Notes under the pieces: model-generated | What the model was told of the DNA's origin: nothing | Databases searched by the model: none | The model's input: only the letters and a program-made list of their open reading frames with translations | In this document: piece by piece, positions 40,277 through 51,695 of the stretch | Position numbering within the stretch: the first letter of the stretch is position 1 | Layout: each line of letters opens with the position of its first letter | Assembly (NCBI GenBank): GCA_965233865.1 | Contig: OZ247587.1 | Coordinates: 1,568,001 to 1,632,000, forward strand | Direction: 5' to 3' | DNA length: 64,000 bases | Origin: Candidatus Neptunichlamydia sp. | GTDB lineage: Bacteria > Chlamydiota > Chlamydiia > Chlamydiales > Simkaniaceae | Position numbers and translations under genes: made by a program

Positions 40277-40908
40277 AGGATTTCTGCAAGTTTGAGGTCG
40301 ATGGGGTAAGTAATTTTGATATTACTTGTGCAGCCGATCACAATTTTCACAGGATGGTTGATGTATTCAGCAAGTGCAACGTCGTCAGTAAGGGGGATTC
40401 CTTTTGCCGCTTGGTATCCTTTTTCATAGACTTCGCGTGCAAGGAGTTGAGGTGTATACATCTCGTAAAGAATGTTGCGATCGAGAGTTTTTTCAACATA
40501 CTTGTTGCCATTGACCTGCTTGATGGTGTTCTTTGTTGGAATGCCGAGAGCTGCGGCCTTTGCGGGCATTCCTTCTTTTAACAGTTTTAATACATCTTCT
40601 CGAGTAATAAAGGGACGTGCACCATCGTGAATGAGTAGAATTTCACCAGAAGTTTTCAAAGCCCCATTTTGAACAGAGTCTTGGCGTTTCCCCCCGGGGA
40701 GTGCAAAAAGGGTTTTGTCAGGAAAGAGGGATTGATGCTCTTTTGAACAGACCACAACAATTTCGTTAATCTCTTTCATCGATAGAAAGAGTTCAAAGCT
40801 GTGGAGGATCACAGGCTTTCCCCTCAAAGGAAGGAAGGTCTTTGGAACATCAGAATTCATTCGGGCTCCTAAGCCGCCTGCAAGTAAAATTAAAGATATT
40901 GTTTTCAT
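40273..40908 (-). CDS. ispD: 2-C-methyl-D-erythritol 4-phosphate cytidylyltransferase
   Basis: LAGGLGARM...PK, RQDSV, IHDGARP, NIKITYP.DL. Confidence 0.92.
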   Translation of the reverse strand: MKTISLILLAGGLGARMNSDVPKTFLPLRGKPVILHSFELFLSMKEINEIVVVCSKEHQSLFPDKTLFALPGGKRQDSVQNGALKTSGEILLIHDGARPFITREDVLKLLKEGMPAKAAALGIPTKNTIKQVNGNKYVEKTLDRNILYEMYTPQLLAREVYEKGYQAAKGIPLTDDVALAEYINHPVKIVIGCTSNIKITYPIDLKLAEIL

Positions 40909-40977
40909 GAATCTATTATAGAAAAGAAAAGGATATTTCGCACCCCCAATAAGGAGGTGCAAAGTTCACATCAGTGA

Positions 40978-41238
40978 TTACGAAAGATGATTGTTGACTT
41001 TCTTGGTCATGTCAAACATATTGATCGCCTTTTTGTCACCGAAAACTTTTGAAAGCTTCTCATCAGGAACGATGTTACGCATGTTGTCTGGGTCTTGTCT
41101 TTTGTGCTTTTTGATGTATGCCCAAAGTTTTTTAGTCACTTCAGTGCGTGGCATAGGTCCTTTTCCAACAACTTCAGCAAGCTCAGCGCTGATTTCCATT
41201 GGCTTCATAAACTTCGAATTAGCTGCTTTTTTTGCCAT
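40978..41238 (-). CDS. SWIB/MDM2 domain protein
   Basis: RTEVTKKLWAYIKKHKRQDP..IVPDEKL. Confidence 0.93.
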   Translation of the reverse strand: MAKKAANSKFMKPMEISAELAEVVGKGPMPRTEVTKKLWAYIKKHKRQDPDNMRNIVPDEKLSKVFGDKKAINMFDMTKKVNNHLS

Positions 41239-41395
41239 TTCGTGTTCTCCTTAAAAATTAGAAAAAAATATTGATTTAGATATGTTAGTTTTCCCTGATT
41301 CAAGACTTCATCTAAACATATATTAAAGTCACAAACAGGTGTTTTACATCAACTTGTAGCCTTCCTGGGGATTTATAGTCAAAAAAAAAAGCTCG

Positions 41396-43621
41396 ATGAG
41401 AGAAAATCTTGCCATTTTCCAGATGAGATGGCAAGTTAGGGGTATGAATGTGAAGCAGCTGGAAACCCACTTAGAGAGGCAGAGCGAGCGGCTCCGATCT
41501 CTTCTTGTCATGCTAAGGCGAGTAGAAGGGACCTATGAAAAGCTAGAGATTCTCAATTCGCTTCCTGAAGTGGACGCTTACTTTTCTTTTCCTTCTCCAT
41601 TAAAAACGTTCCTTTCTGGGGTAACGCCCGAGTGTGAATATGCAATTAAAGCGACCTTTGCAATCGGACAAGGTCCTCGCCTTTTTGAATGGGAGGGTAT
41701 TGAAGCAGGGAAGCATCTTCGGTCTCTTTTGGAAGACCTTTTAATCTTGGAGGATTTTTACCAAGATATGGGTGGAATTATTGGGTACCACCACCTCGTC
41801 TTAACATTGCTTGGACAAGAAACAAGTGGCGAGGGCGTTGATCTCTATCCTCCTGTTGGAATTGACTTGCGATCGGAAACTTCAGCAATCAGAGAGGCAA
41901 TTCTCAAAGGGGTTGAAAATCAGGGAGAAATGGCAGAGCTTTATCCGGTTGGTGGAGCGGCGGATCGATTGCAACTTAAGGATGAAAAAACCGAGGAGGG
42001 ACTTCCTGCTGCTCGCTTAGTTTTTTTAGGAAAACCTCTTCTCGAGGGGGTAATCAACGACTTGCAAGCACGCGAATACCTCCACTACAAACTTTTTGGT
42101 GGTCAAGTTACAACTCCGATTGGGATGATGACTTCGCGCGTGAATCGGAATCACGATCATATCAAAGAAATTTGCGCTCAAAACCAGTGGTTTGGGCGCT
42201 CTCAAGAATCTTTTTGTTTCTTTTCGCAACCCTCTGTTCCCACTTTTACACGTGAGGGAAACTGGTGTTTGCAAAAACCCCTGAAGCTTCTCCTAAAGCC
42301 TGGAGGGCATGGGATGCTTTGGAAACTGCTTAGGCAGTCAGGGGTTTTTGCCTGGCTAAAAGAGAAGGGGAGTCAAAAAGCCCTCGTGAGACAGATCAAT
42401 AATCCTATGGCTGCAATCGACTACGGCCTCCTTGCCTTTGTTGGGTTTGGCCATAAGGGAGATAAAGCCTTTGGTTTTGCTTCGTGTCCTCGCCTTGTGA
42501 ATGCTCAAGAGGGGATGAATGTTGTAAAAGAGAAAAGTGGCAAAGAAGTGCTCACAAACGTCGAATATTGTGACTTTGCAAAGTGTGGGATCGAAGATGA
42601 ACCTTTTGAAGAGGGAGGGAAATACTCGCGCTTTCCCTCGAACACAAATATCCTTTTTACCGATCTGAAAGAGGTTGAAAAGGTTTCAAAGAAGCTCCCC
42701 AATCCAGGACTTCTTGTGAACTTTCGAAAGAGGCATCATTATCATAGCCCTGATGAGAAGGAAGAAATTGCCCGTTTAGAAACAACGATGCAAAATATTG
42801 CTGATGGATTGGCCGTCTCCAAAGGGGAAGACTTGCCTACCTACCTTACGTTCAATAAACGGCGGAAAACGATTTCAACAACGAAAAGAAAATTGTCGGC
42901 TAAGGGGGCTATGCTCGAAACTCCTGAAGGGTGCTATTACGACTACATGCTTAATGCTAAGGAGCTTCTTGAAACCCATTGCTACATGGCTCTTCCCTCA
43001 TTTCCAGATGAATTAACGTTTGCAAAAAAAGGACCTTCATTTCTATTTAGTTATCATCCCGCGCTCGGCCCTCTCTACTCTATCATCGGACAGAAGATTC
43101 AGAGAGGAACGATTGCAGCTGGGTCAGAGCTTCAGCTCGAAATTGCAGATCTCTACCTTAAGGGGCTAAACCTTGAAGGAAGTCTTTTGATTAATGCGAC
43201 AGATGTCATGGGACACAAAGAAAAAGGGTTGCTCAAATATTCAGAAAAGACGGGGCAGTGTGTTTTAGAAAACGTCCATGTTGTGAACGAAGGGATTGAT
43301 TGGGAAGAGGACCATCTCTTTTGGCGCCATGATGTAAAGAGGCGTTCAAGTCTTACCATTACGCTTCATGGACACTCAAGGTTTGTGGCAAAGGACCTAA
43401 AGATCTCAGGAGACCTATCCCTGGAAGTTCCGCATGGAATGCAAATGACGGCTAAAGAAGAAAACGGTCGTGTGATTTTTATCACCGAATCTTTGGATGA
43501 CTTAGGGGATGATACGGGTCCTTTTTGGGCGTATTCTGTTGCTGCAGATCATTCCATAGAGATAAAAAAAACCGAAAAGGAAGACTTTCCGGTTAAAGAT
43601 TCGTCAAGTCAGATGACTTGA
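41396..43621 (+). CDS. UTP--glucose-1-phosphate uridylyltransferase (UGP3-like)
   Basis: PVGGAADRL, KPGGHG, VRQINNP, NVEY, RLETTMQNIAD; true start may be 41444. Confidence 0.85.
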   Translation: MRENLAIFQMRWQVRGMNVKQLETHLERQSERLRSLLVMLRRVEGTYEKLEILNSLPEVDAYFSFPSPLKTFLSGVTPECEYAIKATFAIGQGPRLFEWEGIEAGKHLRSLLEDLLILEDFYQDMGGIIGYHHLVLTLLGQETSGEGVDLYPPVGIDLRSETSAIREAILKGVENQGEMAELYPVGGAADRLQLKDEKTEEGLPAARLVFLGKPLLEGVINDLQAREYLHYKLFGGQVTTPIGMMTSRVNRNHDHIKEICAQNQWFGRSQESFCFFSQPSVPTFTREGNWCLQKPLKLLLKPGGHGMLWKLLRQSGVFAWLKEKGSQKALVRQINNPMAAIDYGLLAFVGFGHKGDKAFGFASCPRLVNAQEGMNVVKEKSGKEVLTNVEYCDFAKCGIEDEPFEEGGKYSRFPSNTNILFTDLKEVEKVSKKLPNPGLLVNFRKRHHYHSPDEKEEIARLETTMQNIADGLAVSKGEDLPTYLTFNKRRKTISTTKRKLSAKGAMLETPEGCYYDYMLNAKELLETHCYMALPSFPDELTFAKKGPSFLFSYHPALGPLYSIIGQKIQRGTIAAGSELQLEIADLYLKGLNLEGSLLINATDVMGHKEKGLLKYSEKTGQCVLENVHVVNEGIDWEEDHLFWRHDVKRRSSLTITLHGHSRFVAKDLKISGDLSLEVPHGMQMTAKEENGRVIFITESLDDLGDDTGPFWAYSVAADHSIEIKKTEKEDFPVKDSSSQMT

Positions 43622-43643
43622 ACTAGGTGATTTTTATAGCTTT

Positions 43644-43898
43644 TCATCGGCGGTTAGTCCACAAGTGCCGACAAAAACAAACGGATGCAACAGCTCCGGT
43701 TCCATAAACGAGTAATTTATTTTTTAAGGGTTCTGGAGTATGGTCTTTAACCCAAATAAAGACAGGGCTTGTGACTTTTGATATTTTTTTCCCAATAGAT
43801 GTGTCTAGTAGGTGGTTGCAGCCTTGAGCAACCAATGCGCTTCCGGTTTTATAGATTTCATTAAACTCTTTCCCAACTTTTCCTAGTATGTCTAACAT
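43644..43898 (-). CDS. Small hypothetical protein with C-terminal hydrophobic segment
   Basis: 84-aa ORF with AAGGA SD. Confidence 0.55.
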   Translation of the reverse strand: MLDILGKVGKEFNEIYKTGSALVAQGCNHLLDTSIGKKISKVTSPVFIWVKDHTPEPLKNKLLVYGTGAVASVCFCRHLWTNRR

Positions 43899-44035
43899 AG
43901 TGATTCCTTGTTAAAATTTTCTTATAGGAAGAGGGGATTCTCCCCCTGTTTTTTATGAGAAAAAGTATAAGGTAAAATCCTTTTGTGTAAAGAGTCTTTT
44001 ATGTACAATGGGGGATTATTTTTTTGAGGTTTAAG

Positions 44036-45131
44036 ATGAATGATGAGATTCGTATGAAATTAAAAGATATTGATAACAGACTGCTCCACATGTGGAGGTA
44101 TCTTTGACTTAGAGGAGAAGGAAAAAGAAGTTGTTATTTTAGAAAAAAAGATGGAAAAGGGGGATTTTTGGTCGGATAGTGATACGGCGCAAGCCGTTAT
44201 TTTTCAGTGTAATATCATTAAAGAATGGACAACCCCCTATCGTAGCATTAAAACAAGATTTGAAGCTTCGAAAGAACTTCTTGAAGAAATGGAAGAGGAA
44301 GAAGATCCTGAGCTGTATAGGGATCTTTTAAAAGAGCTTGATGAGGTGCAGCAGGGGATTGAAGATCTCGAAATAAAAAAAATGCTTTCGGGCGAGCTCG
44401 ATAATAAGAATTGCTATTTGAGTGTCAATGCAGGCGCTGGGGGTACAGAATCTTGCGACTGGGCACAGATGATTCTTCGGATGTATCAGAAATGGGCAAC
44501 TAAACGGAGATGGAAAGTAGAGCTTGTTGAAAAACTTGACGGGGAAGTTGCGGGGGTTAAGAATGCGACCCTTCATGTTACAGGCCTCTTTGCCTATGGA
44601 TATTGCAAAGCGGAGAAGGGTGTGCATCGTCTTGTCCGTATTTCTCCATTCGACAGCAACGCCAGGCGCCATACGAGTTTTGCTTCTGTAGATATCATTC
44701 CTGAAATTACCGATGACATACAAATTGAGATCAAACCGGATGAGATTCGGATTGATACGTTTCGTTCATCCGGTGCTGGTGGGCAGCATGTCAACACAAC
44801 CGATTCTGCGGTGCGGATTACTCACCTAAAAACAGGGATTGTTGTCTCGTGTCAAGGAGAGCGGAGCCAGTTACAGAATAAAGAAACCTGTTTTAAAATG
44901 CTTCGGTCAAAGTTATATGAAAAAGAGATTCTGGAGCGTGAGGAAGCAATTTCAAAGCTGGGAGGGGAAAAGAAGGATATCGCTTGGGGATCGCAAATTC
45001 GCAACTATGTTTTTCAACCTTATACACTTGTAAAAGATACACGCACCAAGTATGAAGAGGGGAATATTCAAGAGGTCATGGACGGGTCTCTGGATGGATT
45101 TGTAAATGCATACCTAAAGGAATTTGGTTAG
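44036..45131 (+). CDS. prfB: Peptide chain release factor 2 with programmed +1 frameshift
   Basis: MNDEIRM..MWRYL then CTT-TGA-C at 44102-44108, preceded by GGAGG; SPF and GGQ motifs. Confidence 0.97.
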
Positions 45132-45658
45132 TGGGTATTCCAGATGAGAGTGAATACGATATAAGATATACAACTTGGAAGGATCATCCTTTTCTTCAAA
45201 AATGGATGGAGATGGAGGAAAATCGCCTTTGGTACCCTGTCTCTTCAGACAAAGATGTTGAAAATATGAGCAGGAATTGGGTTAGTTTTTACAAGTATGG
45301 ATCAAGTTTAACAGCAACTTACAAGGGAGAGGTTGCAGGCATTGCAACACTTTTTCTAATGCCATATCAGAAGGTGACACATCACTGCAGCCTCTACTTC
45401 ATTGTGAACCCTGAAATGAGGTGGCAAGGAGTAGGAACTTCAATTGTAAAGAATATTACACACCTTGGGAAAAGCTACTTCCGTTTTGAGTGGATCAACG
45501 CTGAAGTTTGGGAAAGATGTCCTGCTCTTCCGATTTTGGAAAAGTTGGGATATGTTGAAGTGGCAAAACAAGAGAAGTATATTAAGAAAAAAAATGGAAC
45601 CTACTTAGCCCGCCATGTCATGCAGGTTAACCTTCTTGAGGGCAAGGATGGGAAGTAA
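45131..45658 (+). CDS. GNAT acetyltransferase 1
   Basis: RWQGVGT motif A; GTG start overlaps the prfB stop. Confidence 0.88.
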   Translation: MGIPDESEYDIRYTTWKDHPFLQKWMEMEENRLWYPVSSDKDVENMSRNWVSFYKYGSSLTATYKGEVAGIATLFLMPYQKVTHHCSLYFIVNPEMRWQGVGTSIVKNITHLGKSYFRFEWINAEVWERCPALPILEKLGYVEVAKQEKYIKKKNGTYLARHVMQVNLLEGKDGK

Positions 45659-46148
45659 GCCGGGTGTCACGTTTAGGTCGACAGATAAGAAAGACCTTCC
45701 CCTTTTTACAGAATGGCTCCTTCAACCGGGGGTTCTTGTTGGATTTCCGATGATGAATCGAAGAGAAGTAGAGGATGCTGTTCGCCTCTGGACCCATTAT
45801 ATTAATAAGGGGTTGTCTATTACAGCACTCTATAAGAAAAAACCGGTTGGTGCCGCAAACCTCTATCTCCATGAGGTGGAAAAAATGGCTCACCAATCAC
45901 TGTTTGTGGTCATCCTCGATGAAAAGTACAGAGGAATGGGGATTGGGACCCTTCTTTTGAAAGAAATTGTAAAGCTTGGGCTTAAGCGAGGACTTGAGAT
46001 TCTTCACTTAGAGGTTTATGACAAAAATCCGGCGGTCCGTCTCTACAAAAAACTCGGTTTTAAAGAGTATGGGCGCCATGCTCGTTATCTAAAAGATGCC
46101 GAAGGAAATTGCTACGACAAAATTTTAATGCAAATGGAAATTCAATAG
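45648..46148 (+). CDS. GNAT acetyltransferase 2
   Basis: YRGMGIGT, NPAVRLYKKLGF. Confidence 0.9.
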   Translation: MGSKPGVTFRSTDKKDLPLFTEWLLQPGVLVGFPMMNRREVEDAVRLWTHYINKGLSITALYKKKPVGAANLYLHEVEKMAHQSLFVVILDEKYRGMGIGTLLLKEIVKLGLKRGLEILHLEVYDKNPAVRLYKKLGFKEYGRHARYLKDAEGNCYDKILMQMEIQ

Positions 46149-46160
46149 AGAGATAGGTTC

Positions 46161-46877
46161 ATGGCTGGACATAGTAAATGGGCAAATATTAAGCATAAAA
46201 AAGGGCGAGCCGATGCGAAGAAGGGGAAGATCTTTTCTCGGTGCGCAAAAGAGATTATTAGCGCGGTAAAGCAGGGAGGGCCAGATCCTAAGGCAAACAC
46301 AAAACTCCGTCTTGCATTGCAAAAAGCAAGGGCGGCGAATGTTCCTTCTGACGTTATTGATCGCAATATTAAAAAAGCGTCAAGCTCAGATCAGGCAGAC
46401 TTTACCGAACTGACATACGAGCTCTATGGACATGGAGGAGTTGGAATCATCGTAGATGCTATGACGGATAATAAGAACCGCACAGCTTCTGATATGAGGA
46501 TTGCAACGAACAAAAAAGGGGGAAGTATTGGTTCACCTGGATCTGTTGCCTTTAACTTTGACCGGAAAGGAGTAATTCAGATTGGAAAAGATCAAGGGGA
46601 CGAAGAGTTTCTTTTCATGCAAGCAACGGATGCGGGTGCTGATGATTTTGATATTGCAGAAGACACCTTTATCGTGGTGACTCCTCCAGATTTGCTGTAT
46701 GAGGTGAAAGACAAACTTGAAGACGCAGGAGTTGCAGTTGGTGAGGCAAGTCTCGAGATGATTTCAAAAACCACGGTTTCCTGTGATGGTGATACACGCG
46801 CTGCCAACGATGCTCTCATCGAGTTTCTTGAGGAGCTAGATGACGTTGATGCTGTCTTCCATAACATGGAAGATTAG
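46161..46877 (+). CDS. yebC: YebC/PmpR family protein
   Basis: MAGHSKWANIKHKK, TDNKNRT. Confidence 0.96.
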   Translation: MAGHSKWANIKHKKGRADAKKGKIFSRCAKEIISAVKQGGPDPKANTKLRLALQKARAANVPSDVIDRNIKKASSSDQADFTELTYELYGHGGVGIIVDAMTDNKNRTASDMRIATNKKGGSIGSPGSVAFNFDRKGVIQIGKDQGDEEFLFMQATDAGADDFDIAEDTFIVVTPPDLLYEVKDKLEDAGVAVGEASLEMISKTTVSCDGDTRAANDALIEFLEELDDVDAVFHNMED

Positions 46878-46926
46878 GCAGCACACCCAAAAGACCTCTC
46901 TTTGTAGATTAATATTAAAATATTTA

Positions 46927-47514
46927 TTATTGTTCTTTAATAAACTGTTTGATTCGAATTATTGCAGTTAAAATAGTTAGAGCTCCAAAAAGAAGGGCCA
47001 AAAGTGTAAAAAAGTTTGGAGATAAGATCATTAAGCTAAAAAAGATGAAGGCCTCTGCTCTCTCAATCAATCCAGGGCTATAATGGAAGCTTTTTTCTGA
47101 GGAATTTTTCTGAAAAATACCCACAACCAGAAATGTGGTGATACAGAGCAGAATAGAGCCAAGCATCCAAATTGTCATGAGTCCTCGGCTTTCAGGGGCA
47201 TAAAGGAATAGTCCCAATAGAATAGCCCATTCAACGAGGCGGTCCGCTACAATGTCTAAGACGGCTCCAGCTGGAGAGGACAGGTTCTTATGGCGGGCTA
47301 GAGATCCATCAAGCGTGTCGCAAAACCCGCTTATCCCTAGCAGTAGTAAAGCACCAATCGACTGATGAAAATATAGAAAAAAAGGAATTAAGATGCCAAA
47401 AGCCATTCCTATAAGAGTCACCGTTAAAGGAGATACCCCCTTCAAAAATGCCTTTTTGAGCAGTGGTTCAATGATCAGGCGTTGATATGGTGTGCGGTAG
47501 TTACTATCGATCAT
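46927..47514 (-). CDS. CDP-alcohol phosphatidyltransferase family protein (YnjF-like)
   Basis: DTLDGSLAR....GAVLDIVADR; GLIERAE. Confidence 0.88.
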   Translation of the reverse strand: MIDSNYRTPYQRLIIEPLLKKAFLKGVSPLTVTLIGMAFGILIPFFLYFHQSIGALLLLGISGFCDTLDGSLARHKNLSSPAGAVLDIVADRLVEWAILLGLFLYAPESRGLMTIWMLGSILLCITTFLVVGIFQKNSSEKSFHYSPGLIERAEAFIFFSLMILSPNFFTLLALLFGALTILTAIIRIKQFIKEQ

Positions 47515-47754
47515 GTCTTAGTTTTTTAACAAAAAAAGAGATTAAAGAGAATAGAGCAAGTAGGACAAGGGGAAAATTCAGCTGAACGTTCAAATCAACA
47601 AGGAGAGTGTAGACATCTTCTTTTACACTGACTCTCAAGTCCAAGTTTTGAGAATCTACTAGACAAACTCACGTTACAATAATATCAAAAACTTTATTCA
47701 TTGAAACAATTCACCTTCATTTCCTATATAGAAATTAAACAATTTAAAGGCGAT

Positions 47755-50376
47755 ATGAATCCGGAAAAAAAACGTCTTTTAGAAGACAAAAAGAAAACCA
47801 AGTACTGGAAACATTTCGGTCCTTACTTAGCGGAAAGGCAATGGGGAACTGTTCGGGAAGATTATAGCAAGGATGGTTCAACATGGGATTATTTTCCTTA
47901 CGAAATGGCTATGGAGAGAGCCTACCGCTGGGGAGAAGATGGAATAGCAGGCATTTCTGATACACATGCCCGTCTTTGCTTTGCTCTTAGTTTTTGGAAT
48001 GAGGAAGATCCCTTTATCAAAGAGAGAATCTTTGGACTTTCAAACCCAGAGGGAAATCACGGGGAAGACGTGAAAGAGTATTATTATTACCTTGATAATA
48101 CCCCCACTCACTCCTACATGAAATATCTCTACAAATACACACAAGCAGAATACCCTTACCAGGCTATCCGCAAGGCAAATGCTAATCGTTCTCAAGATGA
48201 GGGGGAGTATGAGCTTATTGACACCGGGATTTTCGACCATAATAGGTATTACGACATTTTTGTCGAGTATGCCAAAAAGGGACCTGATGATATTGCAGTT
48301 CGGACCACCATTCACAATCGAGGAAATGAAGAGAAAACCCTCCACGTTCTTCCTACTCTTTGGGCGCGGAATGAATGGTTCAAAGAAGGGGTATCAAAAC
48401 CTCTTCTAAAGGCTCGAGAAGGAAATAATGCGATTGATCTGCAGCACCCAAGCGTTGGTAATTATGTCCTTTATGGCGAAGAAGCAGAAGAGCTACTCTT
48501 CACCGAAAACGAAACAAAGGGAAAAGGAAAGTATAGCAAAGACGGGATCAATGAATACCTTGTCCATCAAAAAACTCAAGCTGTCAATCCAGAAAGAGAA
48601 GGGACAAAAGGAGCTTTCCACTACATCATTAAAATTCCCCCTTCTGAATCCAGAGAGATTCATCTCCGTCTCACCACAGAAGAAGAGATGAAGAATATCG
48701 CTTCTGAAAACAATAAACTCCTTAAGCTGAGAATGCGAGAAACTGAAGAATTCTATGGAGAAATTATTCCAACATCACTTACTAATGAACACCGAATGAT
48801 CGCACGGCAAGCTTATGCTGGGATGCTTTGGAATAAAATGTATTACAACTTAGTCATTCCTGAGTGGATGGCTGGAGATCCTAACTTTAACCCTCCCCTC
48901 CCTGCAAGAGATCCTAATACCGTTCGCAATGGAGAATGGCTCCATCTCTACTCCGATGATATTGTCTCTACTCCCGATAAATGGGAATTTAACATGTTCT
49001 TCTCCTGGGATACGGCTTTTCATGCCCTCCCACTAGCCGTTTTAGATGCGGAATATGCCAAACATCACATACATCTTTTAACGCAAGAATGGTATATGCA
49101 CCCCAATGGAATGCTCCCAGCCTACGAGTGGAATTTTTATGACGTGAATCCACCCGTTCATGCTTGGGGAGCTCTCAGAGTTTATCAAATTGATAAAAAA
49201 AGAAATGGAGTTGAAGACCGTCTTTTTTTAGAGAAAGTGTTCCAAAAGCTCCTTCTAAATTTCACATGGTGGGTCAACCGAAAAGATAATTCTGGAAAAA
49301 ATATTTTCCAAGGGGGTTTTCTTGGCCTCGATAACATTAGCGTTTTTAACCGAAGCGCTGAATTGCCGGTTGGCGCGACTCTCTATCAATCCGATGCCAC
49401 CAGTTGGATGGGGATGTTTTGCCTTAATATGCTTTCTATTGCCTTTGAGCTTGCCGTAGAAGATGTTGCTTATGAGAATATGGCAAACAAGTTTTATAAC
49501 CATTACCTCCTGATTGCCGATGCAATCAACTACTCAGGGACCCGTTCACACCCTCTATGGGATGATGAAGATGGATTCTATTACGACGTTTTAAAAACGG
49601 CAGGAGGAAAAGAAATTCCCCTAAAAGTGCGCTCACTTGTCGGGCTCATGCCTCTTCTTGCAGTGACCATCATTGAACCTGAGGTTCTCGAAAAATTTAC
49701 CGTCTTTAAAAAGAAAATGGATTGGTTTTTAGATCACCGCCATGACCTATGCGAAAAAGTGGCTTGTATGCGCACTCCTGGTGTTGGGGGGCGAAGAATT
49801 CTTTCCATTGTCGATAGAGCAAAACTCACACGCATGCTCGGTTTCATGCTTGACGAAGAAAAATTCCTTAGTCCCTATGGAATCCGGTCCATTTCAAAGT
49901 GTCATGATGAAAACCCCTTTAAACTCAAACTTAATGGAGATGAGTTTTCCGTCGATTACGAGCCTGGTGAGTCAAAGAGTCGCCTTTTTGGAGGAAACTC
50001 CAATTGGCGAGGTCCCATTTGGTTTCCCCTGAATGTACTTCTTATTGAGTCGCTCCAAAAATACCACTATTACTATGGCGACGATCTCAAAGTGGAGTGT
50101 CCTACCGGCTCTGGAAACTTTATGAATCTGTGGGATGTTGCCGCTGAGCTTTCAAAACGTTTGGTGAGTATTTTTGAAAACGATTCTGAAGGAAACCGTC
50201 CTGTATTCGGAGACCGTCCCAAATTTCAATCCGACCCCCATTTCCATGACTACCTCCTCTTTCATGAATATTTCCATGGAGGCTCCGGGCAAGGGCTCGG
50301 TGCCAATCACCAGATGGGATGGACCGGTTTCGTTGCTAAGCTTATCAAGCAGCTTGGGGAATATGGTCACATTTAG
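47755..50376 (+). CDS. GH63/MGH1-like glucosidase
   Basis: ERQWGTVREDYS, GNHGEDVKE, PDKWE..F.SWD.AFH, SNWRGPIW, HQ.GWTG. Confidence 0.88.
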   Translation: MNPEKKRLLEDKKKTKYWKHFGPYLAERQWGTVREDYSKDGSTWDYFPYEMAMERAYRWGEDGIAGISDTHARLCFALSFWNEEDPFIKERIFGLSNPEGNHGEDVKEYYYYLDNTPTHSYMKYLYKYTQAEYPYQAIRKANANRSQDEGEYELIDTGIFDHNRYYDIFVEYAKKGPDDIAVRTTIHNRGNEEKTLHVLPTLWARNEWFKEGVSKPLLKAREGNNAIDLQHPSVGNYVLYGEEAEELLFTENETKGKGKYSKDGINEYLVHQKTQAVNPEREGTKGAFHYIIKIPPSESREIHLRLTTEEEMKNIASENNKLLKLRMRETEEFYGEIIPTSLTNEHRMIARQAYAGMLWNKMYYNLVIPEWMAGDPNFNPPLPARDPNTVRNGEWLHLYSDDIVSTPDKWEFNMFFSWDTAFHALPLAVLDAEYAKHHIHLLTQEWYMHPNGMLPAYEWNFYDVNPPVHAWGALRVYQIDKKRNGVEDRLFLEKVFQKLLLNFTWWVNRKDNSGKNIFQGGFLGLDNISVFNRSAELPVGATLYQSDATSWMGMFCLNMLSIAFELAVEDVAYENMANKFYNHYLLIADAINYSGTRSHPLWDDEDGFYYDVLKTAGGKEIPLKVRSLVGLMPLLAVTIIEPEVLEKFTVFKKKMDWFLDHRHDLCEKVACMRTPGVGGRRILSIVDRAKLTRMLGFMLDEEKFLSPYGIRSISKCHDENPFKLKLNGDEFSVDYEPGESKSRLFGGNSNWRGPIWFPLNVLLIESLQKYHYYYGDDLKVECPTGSGNFMNLWDVAAELSKRLVSIFENDSEGNRPVFGDRPKFQSDPHFHDYLLFHEYFHGGSGQGLGANHQMGWTGFVAKLIKQLGEYGHI

Positions 50377-50605
50377 TTATTGATTTACAATTACTTAATA
50401 ACTTTTCAAGCAAAACTAAAATCTGATTTTAGTTTTGCTTGTTTTTGTTTTAACTCATTGTGTAATAAGGGTTATGTAGGAGGTTTTGTGGGTAAATATT
50501 TCAGTTGCAGGCCAACTCTTAAAGTTATCAGAAGTTGCAAAAGAATGTGGGATTACTCAACCAAACAGCAAAGAATTAACTATCGATTCTTGAATCGACC
50601 TATAT

Positions 50606-51695
50606 TGATCTTCCCCCGTTTCTGTAGACACTTTTAACATAGACTATTCTCATGTTTTTCTTCAAATTTCACCGGGCTCAAATATCCCAATGTTGAATGT
50701 CTTCTCTTATTGTTATAGTAGCATTCTATATAGTTAAATATTTCCTTTTCAGCAACTTCTGTATCTTTAAAAACTTTAGCTCCTACGCATTCTCTCTTAA
50801 GAGAATTGAAAAAACTTTCCATTGGGGCATTGTCATAGCAACTTCCTTTTCCACTCATGCTTCCAAGCATGTTGTTTTTCTTTAGACTTTTATCTATTGC
50901 TTCAGAGCCGTATTGTGACCCTTGATCGCTATGAAATATTATCCCTTCTACAGCTCCTCTTCCTGAGATTGCCTGCTCTAAAGCTTGTATGACCAATTCT
51001 TTTCTCATATGCTTTTTGATGGAATGTCCAACGATTTTCCTAGAGTAAAGAGCCATGACTGCACATAAATATGCCCACCCTTTGCCTGTCCTTATATAGG
51101 TAATATCGCTGACCCATTTAGCATTCTTTTTCTCTGCCGTAAAATTCTGGTGAAGCAAGTTCGGCTTCTTCTCTTTTCACTACAGTGCACCCCTTTTTCC
51201 TTCAGTTCCATAAAAATTCTTGGGCTTCCGTATCGTTTTTTGTGCTCATAAAAGATCTATTCTACTTCCTCGGTAAGCTTCTCTTCTTCTTGAACTCTTT
51301 TCCCTTTTGGAGATGACAAGAAGCGGTAGTACCCGCTTCTTGTCACTCCAAAGACTTGCGACATTTTCTCTATGGGAAATTCCTTTCTCAATTTCTTCAT
51401 AGCTCTATATTTGCTTTTGACATCGAGGAGAAAATGCCCATGGCCTTTTTTCAGTCGCTTAACCTCTTCTTCTTCCCTTGCCTGCTTTTCAGTCTTAATC
51501 AATCGACCATGGTCATGCTTACTGAGCCATACTTTTAGCGTAGAAACACCTATACCCAGATCATTTGCTACCTCTTCTCTCACTAGCTTGACCGCATTCC
51601 CTTTAAATTCATCATTGAATTTTTTCATTTACTTTTACTCCTCTTTAAGTTCGAGAAGTCTATATCATAACTGTCCTATTTTCGGGGGAAGATCA
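50606..51695 (-). mobile_element. IS3-family element, degenerate
   Basis: TIR TGATCTTCCCCCG at both ends; orfA-like 51257-51628; DDE part WVSDITY, HSDQGSQY, CYDNAPMESFF at 50634-51158; internal deletions. Confidence 0.92.

Noticed and set aside
47590..47680. Possible IS terminus upstream of the glucosidase
   Set aside because: No partner inverted repeat or transposase sequence could be identified
51372..51695. N-terminal extension of the Clp-like ORF
   Set aside because: It is antisense read-through of the IS3 orfA, not Clp sequence
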